From: Actinomycetota bacterium | GTDB taxonomy: Bacteria; Actinomycetota; UBA4738; CALAEC01 | DNA length: 64,000 bases | Assembly: GCA_050693035.1 (NCBI GenBank) | Contig: JBOGWB010000009.1 | Span: forward strand, 4,021 to 68,020 | Reading direction: 5' to 3' | In this document: in pieces, positions 35,318-44,580 of the stretch | Layout: each line of letters begins with the position of its first letter | Position numbering within the stretch: position 1 is the stretch's first letter | Made by a program: the position numbers and the translations under genes | The notes under the pieces: model-generated | Database searches by the model: none | What the model saw: only the letters and a program-made list of their open reading frames with translations | What the model was told of the DNA's origin: nothing

Positions 35318-35351
35318 GTCGAACCCGACTATACGACGGGGATACGCCGGT

Positions 35352-36536
35352 TCACGGTGGCGGTTGGAACGCGGTCCGCACCTTCGCCATCAGATCCGCG
35401 AGCAGGCTCACCCGGGGAACCACGCTCTCCACGTCCAGCCATTCCTCGGGGCTGTGCTCCCGGCCGCCAACCGGCCCGAGACCGTCGAGGGTGGGAACCC
35501 CCGCCGCGGCGGTCGTGTTGGCGTCGGAGGCGCCCCCCGTCGCCGCGTCGCGCAGGTCGAAGCCGAGGGCATCGGCGGTCTCGCGAGCCATGCGGACCAG
35601 CCGCTCGGTGGCCTCCGTCTTCTCCATCGGACGATGCCACGCGGAGAGGGTGAAAGCGGAGGAGGTGCCGTCGAAGGTGGCCTCCTCGGCGATCCGCCGA
35701 ACCTCCGCCTCGGCTGCGCCCAGGCTGCGTTCGTCCGGACCCCGGATGTCGACGGCGAGCATGCACCGCTCCGCCACGACGTTCGGGCGGGTCCCTCCCT
35801 CGACGACGCCGACGTTCACGGTGACCCCGGGCCACCGCCCGTTCAGCGCGTGGAGAGCCAGGATCTTGTGCGCCGCTTCGAGCACCGCGCTCCTCCCCCG
35901 TTCGGGCTCCACGCCCGCGTGCGCCGCCCGCCCGACCACCTCGACGCGGGCGTCGGAGACGCCTTTCCGGGCCGATACGATGTCGCCGTTCTCGCGAGCC
36001 GCTTCGAGCACGAACGCCACGTCCGCCTCGCCGGCGAGGTCGCGGATGAGCGGACCGGAGAACGGCGAGCCGATCTCCTCGTCGGGGTTACAGACGTAGG
36101 TGACCGAGCCGAACGGAAGGGATCCGAGCTCGTGGAGCGCCTCGACGGCGAAGAATCCCGCCAGCAGCCCGCCCTTCATGTCCGAGACCCCGGGCCCGAA
36201 CGCCTTCCCGTCCTCCACCCGGAACGGCCGCTCGGACGCCGTTCCGTCAGGGAACACCGTGTCGGTGTGGCCGATGATCAGGAGGCGGGGGCCCCCGTCG
36301 CCGGCGAGCGTCCCGATGACGATGTCTCCCAGCCTCAGCTCACCCGGCCCGGGCTGGTGGGCCCGCCGCTCCACCTTCCAACCGGTGGAGCGGAACCGTT
36401 CCTCGCACATGTCGGCCACCCGGTTCACCCCATCGGGTGTGTAGGTCCCGCAATCGACGTCCACCATGGCCCGGAGCGCCTCGAGGTAGTCGTCGGATCG
36501 GCGGCTCACCGCCGCCCGGATCGCCTTCGCATCCAT
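35352..36536 (-). CDS. M20 family metallopeptidase (carboxypeptidase G2 / dipeptidase type)
   Basis: Trimmed to the ATG at 36536. Carries IIGHTDTV, GPGVSDMKGG, NPDEEIGSP and ASDAN metal-ligand blocks. 34-nt gap to the CphA2-like gene. Confidence 0.85.
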   Translation of the reverse strand: MDAKAIRAAVSRRSDDYLEALRAMVDVDCGTYTPDGVNRVADMCEERFRSTGWKVERRAHQPGPGELRLGDIVIGTLAGDGGPRLLIIGHTDTVFPDGTASERPFRVEDGKAFGPGVSDMKGGLLAGFFAVEALHELGSLPFGSVTYVCNPDEEIGSPFSGPLIRDLAGEADVAFVLEAARENGDIVSARKGVSDARVEVVGRAAHAGVEPERGRSAVLEAAHKILALHALNGRWPGVTVNVGVVEGGTRPNVVAERCMLAVDIRGPDERSLGAAEAEVRRIAEEATFDGTSSAFTLSAWHRPMEKTEATERLVRMARETADALGFDLRDAATGGASDANTTAAAGVPTLDGLGPVGGREHSPEEWLDVESVVPRVSLLADLMAKVRTAFQPPP

Positions 36537-36574
36537 CCGGGCCAGTCTATTGCCTTCGGCAGGAGATCCAGCCG

Positions 36575-37408
36575 CTACTCGGGCACCGCTCGAAGCGAGA
36601 GGACCAGGACCCCGGCGATGGCCGCGGCCGAAGCGATGGTGAGATGGAACCCCGTCCTCGGGCGGCCCCGCCGCACGGAGACGAAGACGCCGGCGATCAG
36701 TACCGCCGCTGCGGCGACGACGATCCACAACAGCGGCGAAGGTGTCCGCGGCGCGCCGCTCGCCACGAGAACGAGGCTCAACGCCGCGACCAGGAGCCCG
36801 CACGCCGCCAGCAGCGACGCTCCCGGGCCGAGCCGGTGCGGGAGCCCACGCCGTCCGGACGCCCTGTCCGCTTCGAGATCAGGGAGCACGTTCGTCAGGT
36901 GGCCGGCCACGCCCAGGATGGCGGCGGCGGCCACGAGCCACGCGGGCGCCCGGGCGCCCGTGGCCATCCACGCGTACACGGGGACCAGTCCGAAGGAGAC
37001 GGCGTAGGGAAGCCAGCTTCCCGCGGTCCGCTTGAGCCCGAGGTTGTAGGTCCACGCCGAAGCCACCGCCGCCCCCATCATCACGGCCTCGGGAAGACCG
37101 AGGGGAACCGACAGCGCCACTGACGCCGCGAACGCCAGCGCCGCCGCTCGTGAGACCACGGAGCCGGAGACGCTCTGGGCCACGAGAGGCTTCTCGCGCC
37201 GCCCCACCCGCGCATCCTCGAACCGATCCAGGTAGTCGTTCGACCATCCGACCGATGCCTGGCCGGCCGCCGTGGAAGCGACGACCCAGGCGACGATGGG
37301 CGCTCCAGCGCCGCGCGCCGCCACCAGCGTGGCGACCAGCGCCGTCACGCTCAGGGCGGGGATCGGGTGGGTCGCTGCGACCAACCCGGCGATTCGCGTA
37401 CGGACCAT
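36575..37408 (-). CDS. UbiA-family prenyltransferase
   Basis: Trimmed to the ATG at 37408. 277 aa, polytopic, with NDYLDRFED (NDxxDxxxD) and a second LPDLEADR motif. Confidence 0.75.
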   Translation of the reverse strand: MVRTRIAGLVAATHPIPALSVTALVATLVAARGAGAPIVAWVVASTAAGQASVGWSNDYLDRFEDARVGRREKPLVAQSVSGSVVSRAAALAFAASVALSVPLGLPEAVMMGAAVASAWTYNLGLKRTAGSWLPYAVSFGLVPVYAWMATGARAPAWLVAAAAILGVAGHLTNVLPDLEADRASGRRGLPHRLGPGASLLAACGLLVAALSLVLVASGAPRTPSPLLWIVVAAAAVLIAGVFVSVRRGRPRTGFHLTIASAAAIAGVLVLSLRAVPE

Positions 37409-37458
37409 CACCGGCACGGACGGTAGGACACTCGTCCCCGGAACGCTAGGCTTCGGGC

Positions 37459-38439
37459 GTGGGCCACCCGGCGCTCCCACCGCTCGCTCTCGCACTGGTC
37501 CTCGCGTCTGCGTGTACCGCGGAGGAACCGCGGGCGGTGGCCCCCGAGGCCGTCTCGCTCCGCTGGGAGACCCGGTCCCCGGCCCCGACGGCCCGGACGG
37601 AGGTGACCGCCGCGGCCGACGAGGTCCGCATCTTCGTGATGGGAGGGTTCGCCGAGGACGGGAACACCGTTGCCACGGTCGAGGTCTACGACGCCCAGGC
37701 CGACGAGTGGTCGCAAGGCCCGGATCTCCCGGTTGCCGTGAACCACGCCATGTCGGCGGTCCTCGGAGGGACGGTCCATCTGTTCGGCGGCTACGCGGGG
37801 CCCGGACTCTCGAATCCCACCGACCGAGCCTTCGCCCTGCGCGGAAGTCGGTGGATGGAGCTGCCGCCCATGCCGGAGCCGAGAGCGGCTGCCGGAGCCG
37901 CCGCCGCGGCAGGCAGGCTCTACGTCGTGGGCGGGGTCGGGCCGAACGGACTGGCCGACCGGACCCTGGTGTTCGATCCTTCCGCCGGCCGATGGGCGAC
38001 CGCGCCGGGGCTCCCCACGCCTCGCGAGCACCTCGGCGTGGCGTCATTCGGGGACAGCCTCTACGCGGTCGGGGGCCGCACCGGAGGGATCGGCACCAAC
38101 CTCCCCGCGGCCGAAGCCTTCGACCCGGAGACGGGTGAGTGGCGACGGCTCCCGGAGATGCCGTCGGCGCGCGGGGGGATCGCCGCGGCGACCACCGACA
38201 ACGGTTTCATCGTCGCCCCCGGAGGGGAGGCCGACCGCGCCATCGATTCGGTGGAGGCGTTCGACGTCGAGTCGGAGCGGTGGCTGGTTCTCCCGTCCAT
38301 GCCGACGCCCCGTCACGGTCTGGGGGTCGCCGGGATCGGCGACTCGGTTCACGTCCTCGCCGGCGGGCCGAGTCCCGGGCTCGCCTTCTCGGCCGCGAAC
38401 GAGGCGCTCGACCTCGCCCCCCTCCGGGGAGACGAGTGA
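37459..38439 (+). CDS. Kelch-repeat beta-propeller lipoprotein
   Basis: Lipobox LASAC. Roughly 50-aa repeats, each with a GG doublet and W (VMGGF...EWS, LFGGY...RWM, VVGGV...RWA, AVGGR...EWR, APGGE...RWL). Confidence 0.75.
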   Translation: MGHPALPPLALALVLASACTAEEPRAVAPEAVSLRWETRSPAPTARTEVTAAADEVRIFVMGGFAEDGNTVATVEVYDAQADEWSQGPDLPVAVNHAMSAVLGGTVHLFGGYAGPGLSNPTDRAFALRGSRWMELPPMPEPRAAAGAAAAAGRLYVVGGVGPNGLADRTLVFDPSAGRWATAPGLPTPREHLGVASFGDSLYAVGGRTGGIGTNLPAAEAFDPETGEWRRLPEMPSARGGIAAATTDNGFIVAPGGEADRAIDSVEAFDVESERWLVLPSMPTPRHGLGVAGIGDSVHVLAGGPSPGLAFSAANEALDLAPLRGDE

Positions 38440-39293
38440 GCGCCCCACCGGCGGGAGGGCGCCGGCCTTCCCTCACCCCGGGCCGGCTGGCGGGCGCCGT
38501 GGTGGTCGGAGTTCTCGCCGGCGCCCTCTCCGGCCTGTTTGGAGTGGGCGGCGGCATCCTGATCGTCCCCGGCCTCGTGCTCCTCCTGGGAATGGAGCAG
38601 CGATTGGCTCACGGAACCTCGCTCGCGGCGATCGTCCCCATCGCGCTGTCGGGCGTCACCGCCTACGCGCTCGACGGAGCCGTCGACTGGACCTCCGCCG
38701 GGATCCTCGTCATCGGCGCGGCCGGCGGCGCGGTCATCGGGACCCACGCGCTCAGGCGGATCTCGCAGCGCCTCCTCGGACTCCTGTTCGGCGTGTTCCT
38801 GTTGCTCGCCGCGGCTGAGATGCTCATCACGATCCCTCAGGCCGGGGGCCGGCAAGAACTCGACGTCGCGATGGGGTTGGGGCTCGTGGGGGTGGGGATC
38901 GCATCGGGAACGCTCGCCGGGCTCCTCGGCGTGGGGGGCGGGATCGTCATCGTGCCGGCCCTGGCGATCCTGTTCTCGGTTCCCGACGCCATCGCCAAGG
39001 GAACCTCCCTGGCGGTCATCATCCCCACCGGGGTGGTGGGGACGATGCGAAACCTCCGCAACCACACCGCCGATCTGCTCCACGCCCTCCTGGTCGGGCT
39101 GTTCGGTGTGGCCTCCGCCTTCGTCGCTTCGAAGGTGTCGGTCCGTCTCGAGCCTCGCCTCTCCAGCATCCTGTTCGCCGGCCTGCTCGTGGTGGTCGCC
39201 GCCCAGCTGCTCATCCGTTCGGCGGCCGGGTCCAGGGCACGAACCGACGGTGGACGAACGGCTCCCGGTACCGCTCCTCCCAGCGCTCGATGA
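38436..39293 (+). CDS. TauE/SafE (TSUP) family anion exporter
   Basis: GTG at 38436 (GTGA overlap). Duplicated GLFGVGGGILIVP / GLLGVGGGIVIVP motifs. Confidence 0.85.
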   Translation: MSAPPAGGRRPSLTPGRLAGAVVVGVLAGALSGLFGVGGGILIVPGLVLLLGMEQRLAHGTSLAAIVPIALSGVTAYALDGAVDWTSAGILVIGAAGGAVIGTHALRRISQRLLGLLFGVFLLLAAAEMLITIPQAGGRQELDVAMGLGLVGVGIASGTLAGLLGVGGGIVIVPALAILFSVPDAIAKGTSLAVIIPTGVVGTMRNLRNHTADLLHALLVGLFGVASAFVASKVSVRLEPRLSSILFAGLLVVVAAQLLIRSAAGSRARTDGGRTAPGTAPPSAR

Positions 39294-39525
39294 CCTCCTC
39301 GTGCCGGGGATGGTGCTCCCAGGCTCGTACCTGCTCGACCTCGTCCCACTCGCTCACGACCACGTAGACGGCCTCGCCGGTCACGCTTCGCGTGACCTCG
39401 GCCCACCGGTATCCGGGCTGCGACATCGCCAGCCGCAACATGTCGAAGAGGTCCTGCTCGAACGTGGCCCGGTCCGCCTCGTCGGCGAGCACGAACCGCA
39501 GGTAGGACAGGATGGGCACGGCCAA
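39211..39525 (-). CDS. antibiotic-biosynthesis-monooxygenase (ABM/Dabb fold) protein
   Basis: 104 aa with YVVVSEWDEVEQVRAWEHHPRHEE, typical of ABM domains. Its 3' end overlaps the convergent TSUP gene. Confidence 0.65.
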   Translation of the reverse strand: MAVPILSYLRFVLADEADRATFEQDLFDMLRLAMSQPGYRWAEVTRSVTGEAVYVVVSEWDEVEQVRAWEHHPRHEEVIERWEERYREPFVHRRFVPWTRPPNG

Positions 39526-39630
39526 CTCCTTCCTCTCTCGGCGCGCAGATCATAGGGCCACCCCGCCCGCTCACCTCCCGGGCTCAATCGGCGCCGGCCC
39601 CGGACCGATGAAAGCCAGCAAGGAGATGAC

Positions 39631-40251
39631 GTGGATCACGTTCCCCACCACCGTCCGGATCAACACCGCCGAGGACCGGCCGTTCCCCGGTGGTCGGGGG
39701 TCGTCCTGGTCGCTGCGGTCATCGCCTCCGCCGTGGGTACCGGCGCCCTCGCGGTCGCCGCGAGCCCCCTGCAGCTAGGGTCGGCGGCCGCGTCGCGCGC
39801 GCCCTCCCCTGCCGAGGTCACCCTGAAGATCCGCCACCCGGCCAAGAGATCGGCGGGCACCGTCAGACGGATGGCCGGCCCCGTGGTCGCCTCCACCGGT
39901 CCCGCCCCCGCCCGAGCCGAGCTCCGGAAGGCCGGCCCGCGAGACTCCCGAGGAGTAGCTCGCAACATCGCCCGCCACCTGGCCGCCGGGAACACCGAGG
40001 TCGCCAGGTACGTGATCCCCTACCAGGTCTATCGGACCACCGGCTGCCGCGTGGGATTCATGACGGCGACCGTCGATCCGGCAGAGGAAGGGGCGGTGGA
40101 AGGAGAGAAGCAGAACCGCGGCCCGAGGCTGGCGCGAGCGCGCGGCTCGCTCGGACGCGATGCCGTGGCCCATGCCGCGGAGCCAACCATCGAGGGGCGG
40201 AAGGTCCACGTCATCGTGGCCCAGCTCTGCCCAGTTCGGAGAGGGACATGA
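39631..40251 (+). CDS. hypothetical membrane-anchored protein
   Basis: 206 aa, one N-terminal TM helix (VVLVAAVIASAVGTGALAVAA). Third codon positions look G/C-rich in this frame. No family recognised. Confidence 0.35.
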   Translation: MDHVPHHRPDQHRRGPAVPRWSGVVLVAAVIASAVGTGALAVAASPLQLGSAAASRAPSPAEVTLKIRHPAKRSAGTVRRMAGPVVASTGPAPARAELRKAGPRDSRGVARNIARHLAAGNTEVARYVIPYQVYRTTGCRVGFMTATVDPAEEGAVEGEKQNRGPRLARARGSLGRDAVAHAAEPTIEGRKVHVIVAQLCPVRRGT

Positions 40252-40444
40252 AGAACGACCGGCTGAGGAACCCGGGACGTGGCCCTCGCTGGCGATGCTC
40301 GCCCTGGGAATGGGGATGTGGCTCGGACTGCTGTTGATCCGTACCTACGGATGAATCCGGAACCCAAAGCCGTTTCGGGCCACACCCTCAAGGGTAGACT
40401 CGAAACGCCCGAGGTAGGAATGGGATGAAAGGCGTGCTTCTCTC

Positions 40445-40600
40445 ATGATGCTCGGATTGCTGCTCGTCGCCGCACCGCTAGCCCTCATCGTCGCCATCGG
40501 GGCGGCCGTATGGCTCGAGGGACACGTCGTCGACCGGCCGGTCGAGACCCTGGTCCCGGCCACCGACGAGAACGACGCCACCACCCCGGCCGGTTCCTGA
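40445..40600 (+). CDS. possible small membrane protein
   Basis: 51 aa read by hand: [23 protein letters not shown] followed by an acidic tail. Sits upstream of moaA. Confidence 0.25.
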   Translation: MMLGLLLVAAPLALIVAIGAAVWLEGHVVDRPVETLVPATDENDATTPAGS

Positions 40601-40655
40601 CCGCCGGTCTCACCAAACCTCTCTCCCTGGTCCCGCGTCGAGTACCCTCTGGGTC

Positions 40656-41708
40656 ATGAGGAGACGGGCTGCTCCGGCCGACGGCGCCGCAGAGCCGGCG
40701 GTGCCCCAACCCACCGACACGCTCGGGCGTCCCCTCCGCGATCTCCGCTTCTCGATCACCGACAAGTGCAACTTCCGGTGCGTGTACTGCATGCCCAGGG
40801 AGGTGTACGGCCGTGAGTTCCACTTCCTCGGCCGGGACCAGCTCCTTACGTTCGAGGAGATCGAGCGGGCGGCGCGCGTCTTCGTCGGGCTCGGGGTACG
40901 CAAGATCCGATTGACCGGAGGCGAGCCCCTCCTCCGCCGCGAGGTGGAGCGATTGGTGTCCATGCTCGCCGGGATCCCGGGGATCGATCTGTCGATGACC
41001 ACGAACGGCTCGCTCCTGGCGGGGAAGGCCGGGGAACTCGCCGACGCGGGCTTGCGCCGCGTCACGGTGAGCCTCGACTCTCTCGACGACAGGGTGTTCA
41101 TGGCCATGAACGACGTCGCCTTCCCGGTGTCCGTGGTGCTCGAGGGGATCGATGCCGCCGCCGAGGCGGGCCTGGCCCCCGTGAAGGTCAACATGGTGGT
41201 GAAGCGCGGCGTGAACGAGGACAGCGTCCTGTCCCTGGCCCGCCACTTCCGCGGGACCGGCCACGTCGTGAGATTCATCGAATACATGGATGTGGGCACC
41301 ACGAACGGGTGGCGGCTGGAAGACGTGGTACCGGCCGCCGAGATCGTCGCGCGGATCGGCGACGTGTTCCCCCTCGAGCCGTTGGAACCGAACTACGCGG
41401 GCGAGGTCGCGAACCGGTACCGGTACCTCGACGGCGCGGGCGAGATCGGCATCATCGCCTCGGTGACAGAGCCGTTCTGCGGAGCGTGCACCCGGGCGAG
41501 GGTTACGGCGGACGGAAAGCTGTACACGTGTCTGTTCGCGAGCCATGGCCAGGACATCCGGGCCCTGCTTCGCGGCGGCGCGTCGGACGAGGAGATCGCG
41601 GCAACGGTCGCCGGGGTCTGGCTCGCGCGAGAGGACCGGTATTCCGAGATCCGCTCGGCGGACACGCCCGGCCTCCCCAGGCCGGAGATGTCCTACATCG
41701 GCGGCTAG
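40656..41708 (+). CDS. moaA: GTP 3',8-cyclase MoaA (radical SAM)
   Basis: [14 protein letters not shown] (CX3CX2C), LTGGEPLLR, and the C-terminal cluster [20 protein letters not shown]. Confidence 0.92.
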   Translation: MRRRAAPADGAAEPAVPQPTDTLGRPLRDLRFSITDKCNFRCVYCMPREVYGREFHFLGRDQLLTFEEIERAARVFVGLGVRKIRLTGGEPLLRREVERLVSMLAGIPGIDLSMTTNGSLLAGKAGELADAGLRRVTVSLDSLDDRVFMAMNDVAFPVSVVLEGIDAAAEAGLAPVKVNMVVKRGVNEDSVLSLARHFRGTGHVVRFIEYMDVGTTNGWRLEDVVPAAEIVARIGDVFPLEPLEPNYAGEVANRYRYLDGAGEIGIIASVTEPFCGACTRARVTADGKLYTCLFASHGQDIRALLRGGASDEEIAATVAGVWLAREDRYSEIRSADTPGLPRPEMSYIGG

Positions 41709-41715
41709 GCCGGCC

Positions 41716-43179
41716 TCAGTCCTCGATCCCGAACCACGGCATCACGCGAAGGGTCCGGCTCCCGCGCTTTCCTCCCAGCCGGATCAGTCGGTCCGCCACC
41801 TCATTTCCGAGGGACGAGTCGTACAGGTTCCCGTGAGGGTTCATCTCGAGCCGGACGTAGTACCACCCGTTCGGCACCTTGGTGATGTTGAAGGCCTGGC
41901 CCGACACGTACTGGAAATACGTGTCCGCCCATCCCGCCGCCAGGGCTTCCCGGACCCAGATGGAACCGGGGCTGCCACAGCGGCTCGACAGCCGCAGCGA
42001 CCACGGGACGTAGTCCGCACCCTCAACCGAAAGATCCACTGCGTCGGTCGGCGCGATGCAGAAGGACTGCTTCTTGCTCAGAACCACTTCGGTCAGTGAG
42101 GAATCGAGCAGGCTGAACTCCACCAGCTGGAGGAAGTGCCAGTGGTTGTGTCCTCCGCCGCTGTGGAATTCCAGCGTCCCCACGGGGGCCCGGCCGACCA
42201 CGTTCTCGTCCTCGTCGTAGAAGTATTGATAGGCATCCATGACGTCCTCGCCGGGGCGGCGGAATCCCTCCACCACCAGGGGCGCCGGGCCCGCGTTCCA
42301 CGGGCTCGCCGCGAAGCTCAGGAAATCGCCCTTGCGCCGGTGGCCGACGCTCATGCTCCAGAGCGGAAGAGCGGCCAGGTCGGGCAGGGTGCTCGGGTCG
42401 GGATCGGTGATCGTGGGGACGGCCGTCGTCGGGGTGAGGCTCTCGCCCTCCTCCTTCTGCGGACGGCTGAACACGAACCGGTCTGGAGCGTCGCGGACGG
42501 TGACGTCCAGGACCACTCGGGCGTTCTCCGGGGCGATGCCGAACAGCTCCGCGTACTGGCGGTCGATCCTCACGGTCACCTGGTAGCGCCCCTCGGCGAC
42601 CCGAAGGGAGGGGATACCATAGTCGTCGAACTCCGACCCCCCGAGGGCGCTCACCGCCCAGCCCCCGTCGATCCCCCACACCGTCCCCTTGAGGAACGGG
42701 AAGTATGAGGAGCCGCAGGAATCCGGATAGGTCGGAACGTCGGGCCCGGTATCGTCGACCCGCTGGCGCTCGTAGGCGTTCGGGCAGAACGTGAACTTTC
42801 CACCTGCCACGTACCTGCCGTTGGGCTTCCGGAACGTCACGCCGATGAAGTCTCTGAGGCCCAGCCACCCGTCGAGGAGATCGGCCGGGAGCTCCTGGAT
42901 GACCTCTCCATTGCCGTCCGTCTGGACCACGCCCAACGGGCTCTCGTAGTCGGGCCTGGAAACGGCGAGCCTGAAATCACCGCCCGTCGCGGCAGCCCAC
43001 ACCCCGAGATCGAGGTACACCCGCAACCCGTAGCGGTTCACGGTCAGCTTGTTCCGTGCGGCCACGAGTCGGAGGGTGGGTGGGTCCGGTTCCTGGGCGG
43101 GGGCCGGCAGCGCGGTCAAGCCGAGGCTGAGGACCGTGGACAGGACGAGGAGGGCTCTGAGGCGGGGGACCGGTCGCAT
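41716..43179 (-). CDS. secreted lysyl oxidase (LOX) family copper amine oxidase homologue
   Basis: Signal peptide. C-terminal domain FHSGGGHNHWHF (Cu His cluster), KKQSFCIAPTD (LTQ Lys context), GWADTY (LTQ Tyr context) and NITKVPNGWYYVRLEMNP are collinear with animal LOX motifs. Confidence 0.82.
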   Translation of the reverse strand: MRPVPRLRALLVLSTVLSLGLTALPAPAQEPDPPTLRLVAARNKLTVNRYGLRVYLDLGVWAAATGGDFRLAVSRPDYESPLGVVQTDGNGEVIQELPADLLDGWLGLRDFIGVTFRKPNGRYVAGGKFTFCPNAYERQRVDDTGPDVPTYPDSCGSSYFPFLKGTVWGIDGGWAVSALGGSEFDDYGIPSLRVAEGRYQVTVRIDRQYAELFGIAPENARVVLDVTVRDAPDRFVFSRPQKEEGESLTPTTAVPTITDPDPSTLPDLAALPLWSMSVGHRRKGDFLSFAASPWNAGPAPLVVEGFRRPGEDVMDAYQYFYDEDENVVGRAPVGTLEFHSGGGHNHWHFLQLVEFSLLDSSLTEVVLSKKQSFCIAPTDAVDLSVEGADYVPWSLRLSSRCGSPGSIWVREALAAGWADTYFQYVSGQAFNITKVPNGWYYVRLEMNPHGNLYDSSLGNEVADRLIRLGGKRGSRTLRVMPWFGIED

Positions 43180-43421
43180 TGGTGCGCTCCTTCTGAAAAG
43201 CCAGGGGTCGGAATCCTACCAAGCACGACGGCCCAAAGGAACGATTGGTTCCCGGTTGGCGAGGATTTTTTCGGAGCCTCCTCGGAACGGTGCTGGCACG
43301 AGGACTCCAACCGCTCGCTCCGCCGGCGCGTCCCCCGCCCGGCCGATACAGAAACTCGGGCCCTCCCGCCGATACGAGAGCGTGGAAGCTCTCGCAAGCT
43401 CACCCGCTCAGGAGGGACGCG

Positions 43422-44210
43422 ATGCCCGTGAAGATCGTCCTCGTCGATGACCAGCCGGTGCCAGGACTCACCCTCCGCCATTGGCTCAAGAAGCAGCGGG
43501 AACTGGACGTGGTGGGCGAAGCGGTCCCAGGTTCCCCTGCCCTGGCGCTCATCCAGATCACCGAGCCCGACGTGGTGGTGCTCGACATCCAGACGTCTCC
43601 GGAAGCCGGGCTCAACATGGCCCGCCTGATCCGCGACCACTACCCGAACGTCCCGATCGTGGCCATCGCTGAGGCCACGAGCGGGAGCCTGCGCGAGGAA
43701 GCGGCCGAGGCCGGAGCGTGGGCCTACTTCCCCAAGAGCCACCCGGAGGAGCTTCCCCCGATCATCCGGTCACTGCTCGATGGGAAGGGCAAGCGCTTCC
43801 TCGACCTCACCGACCGGATCTTGGCCCGCCCTCCGGCGGACTCCTTCGTCGCGCTCCCCGATCATTCCGACCGGAGAACGTCCCCGGAGCCTCCGCCGCC
43901 GCCCACCGTCGTGGTCGCTCCCCGGAGGCCGGCCAAGCCGGCCCTCCCGGCCCCCCCGCCTCCGGACACCGCCGCGGCACAGAAGGTGCGGCGCCCGGCG
44001 GCGCCCAAGGGCGTCGTCGAGGTCAAGCCAGAGGTGCCCCCGAGGAGCTCGAACGACGTGGTCGCGTGGGTGTCTCCGTCATTGCAGCCGGTCACCGAGC
44101 AACCGGCCCGGAGGAAGCCGCGTCGACGAGGGAAGGCCAAGGACCAGGCCTCGGAGATCGACCTCCGGGGGCCGACCGGACTGCCTCGCCGTTTCGGTCG
44201 CCATCGCTGA
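43422..44210 (+). CDS. receiver-domain protein with Pro/Arg-rich C-terminal tail (no recognisable output domain)
   Basis: AGGAGGGA RBS. KIVLVDDQP...DVVVLDIQT...VAIA...FPKS receiver signature, then a ~130-aa low-complexity tail (PEPPPPPTVVVAPRRPAKPALPAPPPP). Confidence 0.8.
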   Translation: MPVKIVLVDDQPVPGLTLRHWLKKQRELDVVGEAVPGSPALALIQITEPDVVVLDIQTSPEAGLNMARLIRDHYPNVPIVAIAEATSGSLREEAAEAGAWAYFPKSHPEELPPIIRSLLDGKGKRFLDLTDRILARPPADSFVALPDHSDRRTSPEPPPPPTVVVAPRRPAKPALPAPPPPDTAAAQKVRRPAAPKGVVEVKPEVPPRSSNDVVAWVSPSLQPVTEQPARRKPRRRGKAKDQASEIDLRGPTGLPRRFGRHR

Positions 44211-44222
44211 AACCTTCGTGGG

Positions 44223-44294
44223 TGGGCGCGCGAGGATTTGAACCTCGGACCTCTTCCGTGTGAAGGAAGCGCTCTCCCACTGAGCTACGCGCCC
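44223..44294 (-). tRNA. tRNA-Val (anticodon CAC)
   Basis: Folds by hand as GGGCGCG/TA/GCTC-AGTGGGA-GAGC/G/CTTCC-TTCACAC-GGAAG/AGGTC/CGAGG-TTCAAAT-CCTCG/CGCGCCC/A, 72 nt. Confidence 0.9.
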
Positions 44295-44580
44295 TCGGGT
44301 CCCCAAGATACCATCGCCCCGGTGGCCCCCCGCCTCGGTACGCTCCGGCCGCCCTCTGCCCGAAAACGGCCGGCACGACTCGGTGGAGGGCGAACGCGGA
44401 GCGCGGTCGACAACCGACCGCCCCGGACACCTTTGTGGGGAATGTCTGCCCAAAAGTCCCCTACACCACTTGCGCGACACCGTGCTACAGTTCCGCCGTC
44501 GGGCTTTCGGGCTCGGCACGACGGCGGGGCGACGCGGGCACGCCCCGCCGTCGACTTTCCGCACCGGTAGCATCTCTCCC

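Noticed and set aside
40250-40655. Moco riboswitch call upstream of moaA
   Set aside because: Local stem-loops exist, but I cannot reproduce the conserved Moco-motif core from memory. It is kept only as something to test, not as a feature.
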